Origin: a virus
Lineage: Duplodnaviria; Caudoviricetes
Length of the DNA: 64,000 nt
Direction: 5' to 3' (one strand)
Virus record (IMG/VR): IMGVR_UViG_3300042015_000154
Location: 40 to 64,039 of that record
In this document: positions 38,714-47,839 of the stretch, piece after piece
Layout of the letters: every line of letters begins with the position of its first letter
How positions within the stretch are numbered: position 1 is the first letter of the stretch
Position numbers and translations under genes: made by a program
Notes under the pieces: generated by a model
The model's input: the letters and a program-made list of their open reading frames with translations, nothing else
Databases searched by the model: none
Told to the model about the DNA's origin: nothing

Positions 38714-40113
38714 TGGGCCGCCAGTATCGCGCGCCGCCGACGATCGGCGCCTTCATCGAAAACTCGAACCGCCTGCAGTTCCTCTTCGGACCGCTGGGCG
38801 GCGGCAAGACCACCGGCGCGCTGATGAAGCTGCTGAAGCTGGCACACCAGCAGCGGCCGAACGAGAACGGCGTGCGCAAGACGCGCTGGGCGATCGTGCG
38901 CAACACGCGACCGCAGCTGCGCGACTCCGTGCTGAAGACCGTGTTCGAGTGGCTGCCGCCGAACGGCAAGTCGATCCGCTGGAACGAGACCAACATGGAC
39001 ATGGTGCTCGATCTCGCGCTGCCCGACGGCACGCGTGTGAACTGCGAGCTGATGTTCCGCCCGCTCGATGACGAGCGCGACGAGCGCCGCCTGCTGTCGG
39101 TGGAGTACACCGGCGGCTGGATTTCCGAGTTCCGCGAGATCCCGTTCACCCTGCTCACGTCGCTGCTGTCGCGCACAGGTCGCTACCCGTCCGCGATCGA
39201 AGGCGGCGCCGATTGGTACGGCGTGTTCGGCGAGTCGAATATGTGCACCAAGGGCAGCGACTGGTACGACTACCTGATGGTGCGTCGTCCGTCCTACTGC
39301 AGCGTCTACATCCAGCCCAGTGGCATCGGCCCGGACGCGGAGAACCGCGCGAACCTCAAGCCCGACTACTACGAGATGCTGCTCGACGGCAAGGGCGAGA
39401 ACTGGATCCAAGCCCACATCACCAGCATCTTTCCCGACTCGCTGGACGGTAAGGCGGTGTGGGGCGCGAGCTATGACTACGCGCGGCACGTGGCGCAGGA
39501 GATCCTGCTACCGAAGGGATCCTCGCCGATCATCATCGGTGTCGATCAGGGTCGCTCGCCGGCCGCGGTGGCGACGCAGATGCTGGGCTCGCAGCTGCGC
39601 GTGTTGCGCGAGACCTACGCCAGCGGCATGGGCATGAACCGCTTCGCCGTGGAGTACCTGCGGCCGATGTGTGCGGAGTTCTTCCCCGGCCTGCCGATCC
39701 TGCTGGTGATCGACCCGGCCGGCTGCCGCAAGTCCGAGGTGAACGACGAGTCGCCGAAGGACGTGCTGGAGAAGGAAGGGTTCAAGGTGATCCCAGCGCC
39801 GTCGAACGACATCGATCGGCGACTGGGCGCGGTGGAGCGGCAGATGGTGCTCCACAACGGCATCCTGATCTCGCCCGCGTGCAAGGTGCTGCTCAACGCG
39901 GTGGCGTCGGAGTACCGCTTCAAGACCAAGAAGAACGGCGAGCTGGAAGACACGCCGGAGAAGAAGCACCCGATCTCCGACGTCGCCGATGGCCTGCAGT
40001 ACGCAACGATGGTGGCCAGCGGCGACGTCTACGGTCGCGTGATGCGGGTGCTCAACCGCGGAAAGCGCCGGGAGAACTCGGCGGCTGCACCGGTAGCGCG
40101 GGGTTGGACCTAA
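38713..40113 (+). CDS. terL: Terminase large subunit
   Basis: Walker A GPLGGGKT, IVRNTRPQL, WISE, nuclease IGVDQG, IDPAG, SDVADGLQY. Confidence 0.92.
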   Translation: MGRQYRAPPTIGAFIENSNRLQFLFGPLGGGKTTGALMKLLKLAHQQRPNENGVRKTRWAIVRNTRPQLRDSVLKTVFEWLPPNGKSIRWNETNMDMVLDLALPDGTRVNCELMFRPLDDERDERRLLSVEYTGGWISEFREIPFTLLTSLLSRTGRYPSAIEGGADWYGVFGESNMCTKGSDWYDYLMVRRPSYCSVYIQPSGIGPDAENRANLKPDYYEMLLDGKGENWIQAHITSIFPDSLDGKAVWGASYDYARHVAQEILLPKGSSPIIIGVDQGRSPAAVATQMLGSQLRVLRETYASGMGMNRFAVEYLRPMCAEFFPGLPILLVIDPAGCRKSEVNDESPKDVLEKEGFKVIPAPSNDIDRRLGAVERQMVLHNGILISPACKVLLNAVASEYRFKTKKNGELEDTPEKKHPISDVADGLQYATMVASGDVYGRVMRVLNRGKRRENSAAAPVARGWT

Positions 40114-40418
40114 CGCGGAAAGGACTGCAGCGTGCCGCAACCGGGGCACAAGATCCCGTCGGTCTGCACGAAGAACAGGTCATTGCCGCAGTTACACGCC
40201 CAACTGTAAGTATCTTCCTCCGGGTAGAACGGGTGCTTGAAAAACCCTTTGCCCGACGCGCACGAAGGGCACTCGAAGAACCGAGTGCCCGCCGGTGCGA
40301 CCGCAATCCACTCGTGCTTACAGTCCATGCATCGAGCCGGGCCAGTTGCCCACTGCGACGTGTCGTCGTTGGCACTGCCCAACGCCTTCTTTTTGCCCAG
40401 CTCTACGACGTCACCCAT
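40110..40418 (-). CDS. Small double Zn-ribbon protein
   Basis: CMDC, CPSC, CNC, CPGC. Confidence 0.7.
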   Translation of the reverse strand: MGDVVELGKKKALGSANDDTSQWATGPARCMDCKHEWIAVAPAGTRFFECPSCASGKGFFKHPFYPEEDTYSWACNCGNDLFFVQTDGILCPGCGTLQSFPR

Positions 40419-40683
40419 CTTGAAGTGCCTTCATTTCCAATGCGTGCGCAAGATCAAGCAACAGAATGGCTTGGTGGTACGTCGAATCGCCAACTGCGAA
40501 GGTTTGTGCAGAGCGGTTCGACTTCATCACCGACAAGATGCCGTACTGTATCTGTAGCTCACCGGAGCGCAACTGCGAAGCTACTGCTTCGAGGTTCTGC
40601 GCCATTACTTCCGCCGTGCTGTTCTCGTCCGCGGCGGTAATCGCGCCGGGGAAGAGGGGGCGGATTTTCTGGTCGTCAGCCAT
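40411..40683 (-). CDS. Hypothetical protein
   Basis: Part of a chain of overlapping ORFs. Confidence 0.6.
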   Translation of the reverse strand: MADDQKIRPLFPGAITAADENSTAEVMAQNLEAVASQLRSGELQIQYGILSVMKSNRSAQTFAVGDSTYHQAILLLDLAHALEMKALQDG

Positions 40684-40924
40684 CTTTAATCACCGTGCCC
40701 TTGGCGTACTCCAGAATACCCACCGCGTCGAGCTTGGTAACGCCACCGAGAGTGAAATGCACTACATGGCTGTCGTGATCGAGAATAACCACCATACCGA
40801 ACTGCGGCTGGTACGTGCCGCTGGTGATGTGCTCGCGAACCAGATCGAGATCCGCGAGGATGTCCTCGACCGACTTGGGCGTCACGAAGACGCCCTCGCG
40901 GATGGACTTGACCTTACCGTCCAT
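40676..40924 (-). CDS. Hypothetical protein
   Basis: Part of a chain of overlapping ORFs; ends AVGILEYAK. Confidence 0.6.
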   Translation of the reverse strand: MDGKVKSIREGVFVTPKSVEDILADLDLVREHITSGTYQPQFGMVVILDHDSHVVHFTLGGVTKLDAVGILEYAKGTVIKDG

Positions 40925-41414
40925 GCTTGCGGTTCCACTCTAGAATAGCGGCGCGGGAGCCGTTGTACATTTCGACGCAGGCGTTGCGCTCGTCGACAAC
41001 CCCGTCGGCAGCGAAGGCGGTTCGTAGAGCGTACTCTTCCAGCTCCGGGTGAAGTCCACTTCCAGTACCGGGCACGTCGCCATCCTGCCCGGGAGTTCCG
41101 GCGGGACAGGTGCCGGTGCGCCACCGGTCGCGCACGACGAGCTGAGTGCGCACAACAGGGTTAGCACGCAGATAAGCGAGATCGTCTTCCAGCACTTTGC
41201 GTCGCGCACGTTCGTTCTCCTGTACCTTCTGGGCAGTGAGGTTGGCGGTCCGCTGCAGCTCGGCCGTCATGTCGCGGGAGTCCTCGCGCGCAGCGGTGTT
41301 GCCTTCCTTGAACTTGTTCTCGTAGTGGTTCTTCCAGTACCAGTTCCACCCGCCGAACACGAGTGCGGCCGCCAGCGCAGCCGCAAGGATGGTTTCAATC
41401 AGGCTGAGTCGCAT
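40914..41414 (-). CDS. Rz: i-spanin (Rz-like)
   Basis: N-terminal TM, coiled coil, AD...ERNAC..Y C-terminus; AGGAGA RBS. Confidence 0.75.
   Translation of the reverse strand: MRLSLIETILAAALAAALVFGGWNWYWKNHYENKFKEGNTAAREDSRDMTAELQRTANLTAQKVQENERARRKVLEDDLAYLRANPVVRTQLVVRDRWRTGTCPAGTPGQDGDVPGTGSGLHPELEEYALRTAFAADGVVDERNACVEMYNGSRAAILEWNRKHGR
40940..41209 (-). CDS. Rz1: o-spanin lipoprotein (Rz1-like) embedded in the i-spanin gene
   Basis: Alternative frame fully inside Rz; hydrophobic signal, lipobox-like LSSSC, Pro-rich mature part. Confidence 0.65.
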   Translation of the reverse strand: MRDAKCWKTISLICVLTLLCALSSSCATGGAPAPVPPELPGRMATCPVLEVDFTRSWKSTLYEPPSLPTGLSTSATPASKCTTAPAPLF

Positions 41415-41643
41415 CACGGATCTCCTGCAGCTTGGCGCGCATGCTCAGGATCTGGTGGAGGCTGCCCAAGAGGGTGGCCTGCATGGCGAGCAGATCGCGC
41501 TCGTGCATGGGCAGCGCTGCATGCTCGGCGGTCAGGCGGTAGTTGCCCAGCTCGTTGCACTTGCCGAGCGTCACCGCGGCTTCGGTGTACAGGCGGTCGG
41601 CAAAGGACGGTTCGGGGGTCGGCTGCTGCAGTTCTTCGCTCAT
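41395..41643 (-). CDS. Small coiled-coil phage protein (crAss001_48-like pattern)
   Basis: DRL..E...L...L...ERDLL..Q...L..IL..R pattern; GGAGA RBS. Confidence 0.55.
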   Translation of the reverse strand: MSEELQQPTPEPSFADRLYTEAAVTLGKCNELGNYRLTAEHAALPMHERDLLAMQATLLGSLHQILSMRAKLQEIRDATQPD

Positions 41644-41855
41644 TTCGGGATCTCCAGTTGGGCTCGGTTGCGCCGCCACGCCGTGAGCTTCTTCACCGCT
41701 TCCTTCAGGAGCACCAGCTGCGCATCGAGATCTTCAGCACTGTGGCTGGGCATCGAAGTCGCATAGAAGTCGGTGGAGATGACGATCACGTCGGGGCTAA
41801 CGTGGGGGATGGCATCGCGCAGTGCGCGCACAGCCTTGACGCGGGGATTGGCCAT
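41640..41855 (-). CDS. Hypothetical protein
   Basis: ATGA overlap with the next gene. Confidence 0.5.
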   Translation of the reverse strand: MANPRVKAVRALRDAIPHVSPDVIVISTDFYATSMPSHSAEDLDAQLVLLKEAVKKLTAWRRNRAQLEIPK

Positions 41856-42014
41856 ATCAGAACTCGTAGATGATGTCGACGATCGCAACGGCGAGCCACG
41901 ACAGCTTCATCGGTGGCTGCGGGTAGTGGAGGATGAACGGCATCAGGTGTAGAGGGGCACGCATGGGCACAACCCGGGGGAGGTGGCCTCAGCCTAGTCC
42001 CCCGTCCTCCAAAG

Positions 42015-42890
42015 TCAAGCTGCGAGCGGCGGGGCCGACACGTACGGGTGGCTGGAGTGCAGGATTGACGGGGCAAGGCCCAGACCGGGCTCGCCTGCAA
42101 GCCATCCCTCGAACCGCTCGCAGTCCGCGTCGGTGAGCACGTAGTCCATGATCGCGCCGTAGAACATCTGCACCCACGCCTGCGCGGTGGTGCCGGCGTT
42201 GAAGAACCCGATGTAGGCGCTGTTCGTGTCCGAGGTGTTGCCGCTGCCCAGACCGGTCGCTTCCGTCACCACCTGCATGGCGAGCGCCTGCCGGCTCAAC
42301 CGGAAGTGCTTGGTCGGCGTACCGCCACCGATCACCGCACCGGTGTGGTCCACGCGCATGATCGCGATCCACGGCACGAGGCCGAGATTCGCGCTGCCGA
42401 TGTCGTCGCCGTTGGCGCTGTCGGCATCGAGCCGGCGGATGGTGTAGCGCGGGCAATTCGACACGCTGGAGCTGGTCGCGATCGACGCGCGCGTACCGCT
42501 GGACGTGTTGCCGCTGACGTTGACGATCGCGCTGTTGAACGCGCCGGGGTTGGCCTGCGCGAACTTGCCGCAGAAGATCAGCGTGCAGCCCGCCTTGTTG
42601 CGCACCAGATTGGCGAGGTTAGTGCTGAAGTTGCACGACTGCGCGGAGGTGCCGGGCGTGTCGATCGACGGGCGGTTGTTCAGCGCCGCGTTCGCCGTGG
42701 TGAGCGTGATCAGATTCAGCGCGTTCGACGCGACTTCGCCGTGCACGGTCTTGATCGAGCTGATCGTGCTGCCGGCCAGCGTCATCAGGTCCGTGCGGCG
42801 CGCATCCAGCGACAGCTGCGGCGGCACGGCGAGTTTCCCCGGGTGCCACAGCGGCCGGTAGCGCGGCGACGCGATCACGCCGGGAATCAT
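42015..42890 (-). CDS. Virion-associated beta-sandwich (lectin/LamG-like) protein
   Basis: MIPGVIAS start, LNNRPSI, C-terminal EGWLA...L...HPY..APP; follows the head fibre gene. Confidence 0.6.
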   Translation of the reverse strand: MIPGVIASPRYRPLWHPGKLAVPPQLSLDARRTDLMTLAGSTISSIKTVHGEVASNALNLITLTTANAALNNRPSIDTPGTSAQSCNFSTNLANLVRNKAGCTLIFCGKFAQANPGAFNSAIVNVSGNTSSGTRASIATSSSVSNCPRYTIRRLDADSANGDDIGSANLGLVPWIAIMRVDHTGAVIGGGTPTKHFRLSRQALAMQVVTEATGLGSGNTSDTNSAYIGFFNAGTTAQAWVQMFYGAIMDYVLTDADCERFEGWLAGEPGLGLAPSILHSSHPYVSAPPLAA

Positions 42891-43612
42891 GCTGCCACCG
42901 TCACGCCGAGCACGTCGGCTTCGCCGGCGGCCACGATCTTGACCGTGAAACCACCCCCGGCCGGGACCACCAGCGTGCCGCCTGCAGGCGCGTTGAGCAC
43001 CATGCCGCCGGCCGCGGTGAGGGTCAGGTTGCCCGCGCCCACGTTGCGGCCGTGGAACTCGCTGCCGACCACGTAGGTGTACGTCGTGCTGTTGAACGTG
43101 TAGGTCTTCACCGCGGCGTTGGTGAACCGCGTGTAGAAGCCGGCGTCTGCCAGCGACGCGGCACGGGCTGTGGTTGACTCGACCTGCACAGGCGCTTCCA
43201 CCCCCAGCACGCCGGCGATGATCGACAGGCCCGGGCCCACCTTGACGCCGCCCAGCACCGAGCTGGTGGCCGTGGGCAGGGTGTAGCTGTAGGTCGTGCT
43301 CAGGGTGCCGTCGCCGGCCACCGCGAGGCCGCTGCCGACCTTGACGCCGCCGAGCGTGCCAGCACCGGCGACGGGCAGCGTGTACGGCGCTGCAGCGCTC
43401 AGGATGCCGCTGCCGTCGATCGACAGGTTCGCGCCGACCCGGATACCGCCAAGGACGCCCGCGCTTGCGATCGGAAGGGTGTAGGGGCTGCCGAGCCCGG
43501 CGATGAAGTTCAGCCGCGAGATCTTCTTCGCCTGTCCGGCCTGCCAGATCGGAACGAAGTCGCCCGAGTTGATGGTGCCGGTCTCGTCGAGCTGGTCGAA
43601 GTTCTTGGCCAC
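42887..43612 (-). CDS. Head fibre-like protein
   Basis: Three YTLPxA...LGG[IV][RK]VG repeats. Confidence 0.75.
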   Translation of the reverse strand: MAKNFDQLDETGTINSGDFVPIWQAGQAKKISRLNFIAGLGSPYTLPIASAGVLGGIRVGANLSIDGSGILSAAAPYTLPVAGAGTLGGVKVGSGLAVAGDGTLSTTYSYTLPTATSSVLGGVKVGPGLSIIAGVLGVEAPVQVESTTARAASLADAGFYTRFTNAAVKTYTFNSTTYTYVVGSEFHGRNVGAGNLTLTAAGGMVLNAPAGGTLVVPAGGGFTVKIVAAGEADVLGVTVAA

Positions 43613-43621
43613 GGTGCGCTC

Positions 43622-43900
43622 CTACAGGATGAGTTCTTCGCCAGTGTGGGTGACCAGCGCCTCACCCGTATGGGTGACGATGGCTTCGCCGCTGACCGGG
43701 CCGGGCACAGTGCCGATCGCGTCGAGCATTGTGCTCCACGGCACGCGGTATGGGTTGCCCGCCGGGTCCAGCACCGCGAACAGGTCGGTGGGCAGGACGC
43801 CGCGCACGGGTGCGCCGGCGAAGGGATTGTTCGAGATCCCCACGCCGACGCCTTCGTTGACGATGATGACAACGGTACCGGGGCCGGGCTGCAGTGCCAT
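43622..43900 (-). CDS. Hypothetical virion-associated protein
   Basis: AGGAGG RBS; VTHTGE repeat. Confidence 0.65.
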   Translation of the reverse strand: MALQPGPGTVVIIVNEGVGVGISNNPFAGAPVRGVLPTDLFAVLDPAGNPYRVPWSTMLDAIGTVPGPVSGEAIVTHTGEALVTHTGEELIL

Positions 43901-43927
43901 AGGGGCGCCTCCTGCCGGGCCCGGGGA

Positions 43928-44149
43928 TTACTTCTTGCGAGCGGCGCCGCGGTTGCGCGCCATCGTCGACGGGCTGTCGTCCAGCTTGCGGTGCTGCTGC
44001 GGCATGCCCTGCGCGCGGCGGTTGATCTCGCCGGCCGGGGGCGTGCTGCGGGCGCGCTCGCGCGGGACGTACTTCTGCGACTCGCCGAAGGTGCGGGCGC
44101 CGGTGATGTCGCCGCCTTCAGCTTTTCGGAGGGGCTTCTTGGCCTTCAT
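43928..44149 (-). CDS. Small basic protein with KAEGG motif
   Basis: GAGGTG RBS; Lys/Arg-rich. Confidence 0.6.
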   Translation of the reverse strand: MKAKKPLRKAEGGDITGARTFGESQKYVPRERARSTPPAGEINRRAQGMPQQHRKLDDSPSTMARNRGAARKK

Positions 44150-44489
44150 GGGTGGTCACCTCTGTGCTGGTCTGGGTGTTGATGGTGGCGGTCTCGCCGG
44201 TGCCCATCGTAACCCCAACTTGTGGCGGAGCCACGGCGGGTACGTTCTTGGCCAGATCCGAGATCGTCGCGTCCTTCTTCAAGTTGCCGCTGGACTGGCC
44301 GAAGAAAAACGACACCACCGCCAGCATGATGTTCTGGATGGTGGTGATCTGCTGCACGATCAGCTGCTGCGACTCCAGTGGGATCACCATGAAGTACGGC
44401 GCGACCGTCACCCAGCCGAACAGGCTGACGAAAGCGACCACAAGAAACGTCGCCATCGCTTCGAGCGTTTGCTGGGTCCGAGTGTTCAT
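44118..44489 (-). CDS. Putative holin
   Basis: Two hydrophobic segments, VVSFFFGQSSG motif, near the endolysin. Confidence 0.65.
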   Translation of the reverse strand: MNTRTQQTLEAMATFLVVAFVSLFGWVTVAPYFMVIPLESQQLIVQQITTIQNIMLAVVSFFFGQSSGNLKKDATISDLAKNVPAVAPPQVGVTMGTGETATINTQTSTEVTTHEGQEAPPKS

Positions 44490-44500
44490 GGCGCACCGTG

Positions 44501-44983
44501 TCAGGGGGTGGTCTTCATGCGTTCGAGCTGGAGCTTGATCTCTTGGATCTCGCGCGGGGTCTGCAAAACCGGGTTGAGCGCCCACACCAGCACGCCGAGA
44601 ATCAGCGCGGCCACGCCGGTGAGCACCCACAGGCCGCCCTTGGCGAACTGCGTGCTGCCTTCCTGCTTGGTGATCGCCGCGGCGTTGGTGTCGCACTTCT
44701 GCTCGACACGCGCAATCTCGCTCTTGACGAGCGTTTCGACGGCCTTGATCTCACCGAACGCGCGCGCAAGGCCCTCGCTGTGCGAGCGCTGCTCAGCCGC
44801 CATCGAGGCGATGATCGCGCCTTGCTTCTGGATTTCGTCGAGCTTTTCGACGATGGCCGACATGCCATCGCTGTTCGACTTGACCAGTTCCGTTACGCGC
44901 TCTTCGAGGTGGCGGGTGGTCGTCTGGAGGACGGCAACGGCCGCCTCCTGACCAAGCGGCTGCTGCTGGGTCTGGGGAGTCAT
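44501..44983 (-). CDS. Coiled-coil membrane protein (holin/antiholin-associated)
   Basis: Coiled coil, C-terminal TM GGLWVLTGVAALILGVLVW. Confidence 0.6.
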   Translation of the reverse strand: MTPQTQQQPLGQEAAVAVLQTTTRHLEERVTELVKSNSDGMSAIVEKLDEIQKQGAIIASMAAEQRSHSEGLARAFGEIKAVETLVKSEIARVEQKCDTNAAAITKQEGSTQFAKGGLWVLTGVAALILGVLVWALNPVLQTPREIQEIKLQLERMKTTP

Positions 44984-45119
44984 GGCGTGCTGTCGTCGTG
45001 GCCGCGGGTAGCGGGACATGCGGAGTTTCCTTGGGAGGGGACGCGGGGTCAACCCTACCTGCGGGACAGCGAGCACCGCGTCACGAAGGTGAGGGGGGTG
45101 TGAGCCCCCCTCTTGACTT

Positions 45120-45332
45120 TCAGTCGATGATGCCCTTCGCGCGCAAGGCGGTCAGCAGGGCATTCAGCTTGGTCTTCAGCGCGTTGGCCAACGCCTGTGT
45201 GGTCGCGAGATCCGAGCCGTTGGCGGTGGACTCGTTGGCGATCGTGGTGTCGGCAACGGCGGTCAGCTCGCGCAGCTTGCCCTCGTTGATCTTCAAGTCC
45301 GACAGCGCCTGCTGGGTGCGGTGCATGCTCAT
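45120..45332 (-). CDS. Small virion/head decoration-like protein
   Basis: C-terminal KLNALLTALRAKGII helix typical of head fibre/decoration proteins; GGAGA RBS. Confidence 0.6.
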   Translation of the reverse strand: MSMHRTQQALSDLKINEGKLRELTAVADTTIANESTANGSDLATTQALANALKTKLNALLTALRAKGIID

Positions 45333-45373
45333 GGTCTTCTCCGGAGAAGGTGGGCGGGATGCCCGGCGGCAGT

Positions 45374-46051
45374 CTAGCTCAAGGCTGCGACGTACTTCTC
45401 AAAAAGCGCCTGCCTGTCTTCGAGCCCGTTGTAGCCGCCGTTGACCTTCTTGGTCACGGCCCGGACGTCGCCGCTGTCGGCCAGCTTGTTGAGGTTCCGC
45501 GACATCCAGAACCACACGAAGCTGCCCACAGACAGGTCGACGTCGGTGCGCACCTTGTCCGGGTTGCGCACCAGCTCGTCGGTGCCCAGCTCCCACTGGC
45601 TGTAGGCGGTGTAGTTGTCGCGGCCGGTGAGCTGGCCAAGACCGCCGCCGCGGAACCGCCAGCCATCGCCGGCGACGGTGTTGCCCAGATGCGTCTTGCC
45701 CCACGCACCGCCGTAGAGGATGTTCGCCAGCGCGTTCTGGTGCGCCGGCTGGTCCTGCAGTTTCGTCCCCGTGCGCGCACGCACCTTCTCGTCGATGCGG
45801 CCGAACTTCCACGCGTCGGCGTTGCTGATGCGGCCGGGGAACACGTCGTCCACCTTGTCGGCGGCGTAGTCCAGCGACTCGGACGTCTTGGTGAACCCGC
45901 CACTCTCGTGGTGCATCTGCGCGAGGAACATCGCTGCACGGGTGGGGTTAAGGTCGATGCCGTGGTCCTTCATCTTGCGACCGATGGCAGGCAGGAACTT
46001 CCCGATCGACGGAGCGATGCGGGAAAGTTTGTTGAGCGGCAGGGGGACCAT
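45374..46051 (-). CDS. Endolysin, glycoside hydrolase family 19
   Basis: FLAQMHHESGGF, GDGWRFRG.G..QLTGRDNY, VTKKVNGGYNGLEDR; GGAGG RBS. Confidence 0.92.
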   Translation of the reverse strand: MVPLPLNKLSRIAPSIGKFLPAIGRKMKDHGIDLNPTRAAMFLAQMHHESGGFTKTSESLDYAADKVDDVFPGRISNADAWKFGRIDEKVRARTGTKLQDQPAHQNALANILYGGAWGKTHLGNTVAGDGWRFRGGGLGQLTGRDNYTAYSQWELGTDELVRNPDKVRTDVDLSVGSFVWFWMSRNLNKLADSGDVRAVTKKVNGGYNGLEDRQALFEKYVAALS

Positions 46052-46191
46052 CAGATGCCTCCGGACGAGAGGAAGAACGACAGCGCCCAGCATGCGGCGC
46101 CGAGCCAGCCCAACTGTACACGCGCGGCGACGCCGAAGGCAGCGGCGAGGAACAGCAGGATGGCAACGATCAGCAGCACGGCGGAAATCAT
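46051..46191 (-). CDS. Small two-TM membrane protein (possible holin)
   Basis: 46 aa, hydrophobic, TGATG-coupled to the endolysin; GGAGA RBS. Confidence 0.6.
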   Translation of the reverse strand: MISAVLLIVAILLFLAAAFGVAARVQLGWLGAACWALSFFLSSGGI

Positions 46192-46230
46192 GGCACGTCT
46201 CCAGTCTGTGACGCACCTCACAATACAACG

Positions 46231-46261
46231 AAACCCCGGCAGGGGTGCGTGCCTGCCGGGG
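46231..46261 (-). terminator. Putative terminator
   Basis: CCCCGGCAGG/CCTGCCGGGG stem followed by TTT on the - strand. Confidence 0.6.
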
Positions 46262-46301
46262 CTCCGGGCCACCGCAATCCACGGCGACCAACCGCTGACG
46301 C

Positions 46302-47027
46302 TTACAGCTTCGAGAACACGCTGCCCGGCTTGTTCGGCTGCGGCAGGATGTTGCTGCTCGACACCGGCGGGCTCGGGCTCAAGTCCTGCCCGGGCGCCAG
46401 ATCGCGGATGTCGGCCACGCCCGTACCCGGGATGTTCCGCGCCACCTGCCCCACCGGGCCCGTGGTGGGCGAGGTGACGTCGGGGCTGATGCCGGTGGGG
46501 TGGGCGATGTCGTTGCGCTTCTGCATCGCGTTGTCCATCGGCGCGCGCAGGCCCTGCTCGCCCGGGGTCGGCGTGCCGGCCGGCGGGCTGACGCTCTGCA
46601 GGCGCTCCACTTCCGCCTGCGCCAGCTGCGCCTGCTCGGTGGCGGCCAGCGCCTTCGCCTGTGCGGCACGCAGCGCGACGGCCTGATCGATGTCGCTCAC
46701 GTACGCCTGCACCTGCTGGTTCACCGGGTCGGTGTTGCCGCTGGTGGCCATGCGCCCGGCCATGACGCTCGCGGCGTTCAGCACCTCGATCGGGGCGTCG
46801 GCGAGCGTGCGGTTCTGCACGACGGGGCTGTCCGGCACCGACGTCACGGCCGCGGCGGTAGTGGCGGCAGTGCGCTGCGCGGCAGCGAGCGCGTCCTCCT
46901 GCGACACCTGCGGGATCGAGTCGCGCTCTTCAGCGTCCTGATTCGGCGTCGCCTTCTGGACGTTGGTGGTGGCGGGCTTGCCGGCCTGCTTGGCGGCGGT
47001 CTTGCGGGGTGCTTTCTTGGCGGCCAT
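46302..47027 (-). CDS. Hypothetical protein with histone-like basic N-terminus
   Basis: MAAKKAPRKTAAKQAGK; GGAGA RBS. Confidence 0.7.
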   Translation of the reverse strand: MAAKKAPRKTAAKQAGKPATTNVQKATPNQDAEERDSIPQVSQEDALAAAQRTAATTAAAVTSVPDSPVVQNRTLADAPIEVLNAASVMAGRMATSGNTDPVNQQVQAYVSDIDQAVALRAAQAKALAATEQAQLAQAEVERLQSVSPPAGTPTPGEQGLRAPMDNAMQKRNDIAHPTGISPDVTSPTTGPVGQVARNIPGTGVADIRDLAPGQDLSPSPPVSSSNILPQPNKPGSVFSKL

Positions 47028-47134
47028 GACACGTTCTCCGGGGGCGGATCGCCCTTCGATGGGATGCGCGGAAGTGCGCGCGTTCCTCATACGCCCCGGG
47101 GCGTGAAGGGGGCCTCCATGCCCCCCGTTTACGT

Positions 47135-47491
47135 TCAGGTCTCGTGGCGGCTGTCGTAACGCTGCGGCGACTCGCCCGGCGGCGGGTAGTAGATCGAGGC
47201 GGTGGAGGGCGTCTCCGGCACCGAGCCCGCCGGGTTGCGGATCTTGTCGATCGTCTTGCCGTTCGCGTTCTCGACGATCAGGTACTCGTTGCCACGCAGC
47301 GGCCAGTCGGTCGTGCTGCCGTCCAACAGGTGCATCACCACGGAGGCGTACTGGTTGTAGTCGCTGGTGGGTCCGATCGGCGGCGAGATCTCGTACGACA
47401 GTACGGCCATCGCGCGGTAGGTGGGGATCGGCGGGTGGACATCGCCGTTGCGTGCGAACGTCGGGCCGCTGAAGAACTTGAGGGTGAACAT
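47135..47491 (-). CDS. Hypothetical protein (IVENANGKTID motif)
   Basis: First ORF of the - strand block. Confidence 0.6.
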   Translation of the reverse strand: MFTLKFFSGPTFARNGDVHPPIPTYRAMAVLSYEISPPIGPTSDYNQYASVVMHLLDGSTTDWPLRGNEYLIVENANGKTIDKIRNPAGSVPETPSTASIYYPPPGESPQRYDSRHET

Positions 47492-47740
47492 GGTCTGGTC
47501 TCTCTGTCTGTCTGATGCGCGGATGCGCACAGGTAGGGTGACCGGGTGGGCGGAGAAGTCAAGACCCTACGGGGCTAGGAACCGAGGGGTGGAGGGGCGC
47601 CTAAACGGGGCGTATATACGGCGTTTAGAGGTACCCCTGTTTGAAATTTTTGGTTTGGAATTCTCCACCACGTGAAGGAGGGGGGTGGGGGGTCGAAGTC
47701 CTTGGTCCACTGTGGGGGGTACCCCCTCCCCCTAAAGCCC

Positions 47741-47756
47741 ATTAAATCGTTTTAAT
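47741..47756. promoter_or_regulatory. Palindromic motif variant ATTAAATCGTTTTAAT
   Basis: One mismatch to the consensus; upstream of ORF 47840. Confidence 0.75.
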
Positions 47757-47839
47757 CCAACCTTGTGAGGAAACGTTCCCCTGTGAGATGCTTTTCTCAC
47801 GGCGAGGGCATCCCGTCCCGCCATTCCGGAGTGAACCTC

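Noticed and set aside
47040-47130. Cluster of hairpins including the palindrome ACGCCCCGGGGCGT upstream of ORF 47027
   Set aside because: Single occurrence in very GC-rich DNA; cannot be told apart from chance pairing without covariation data
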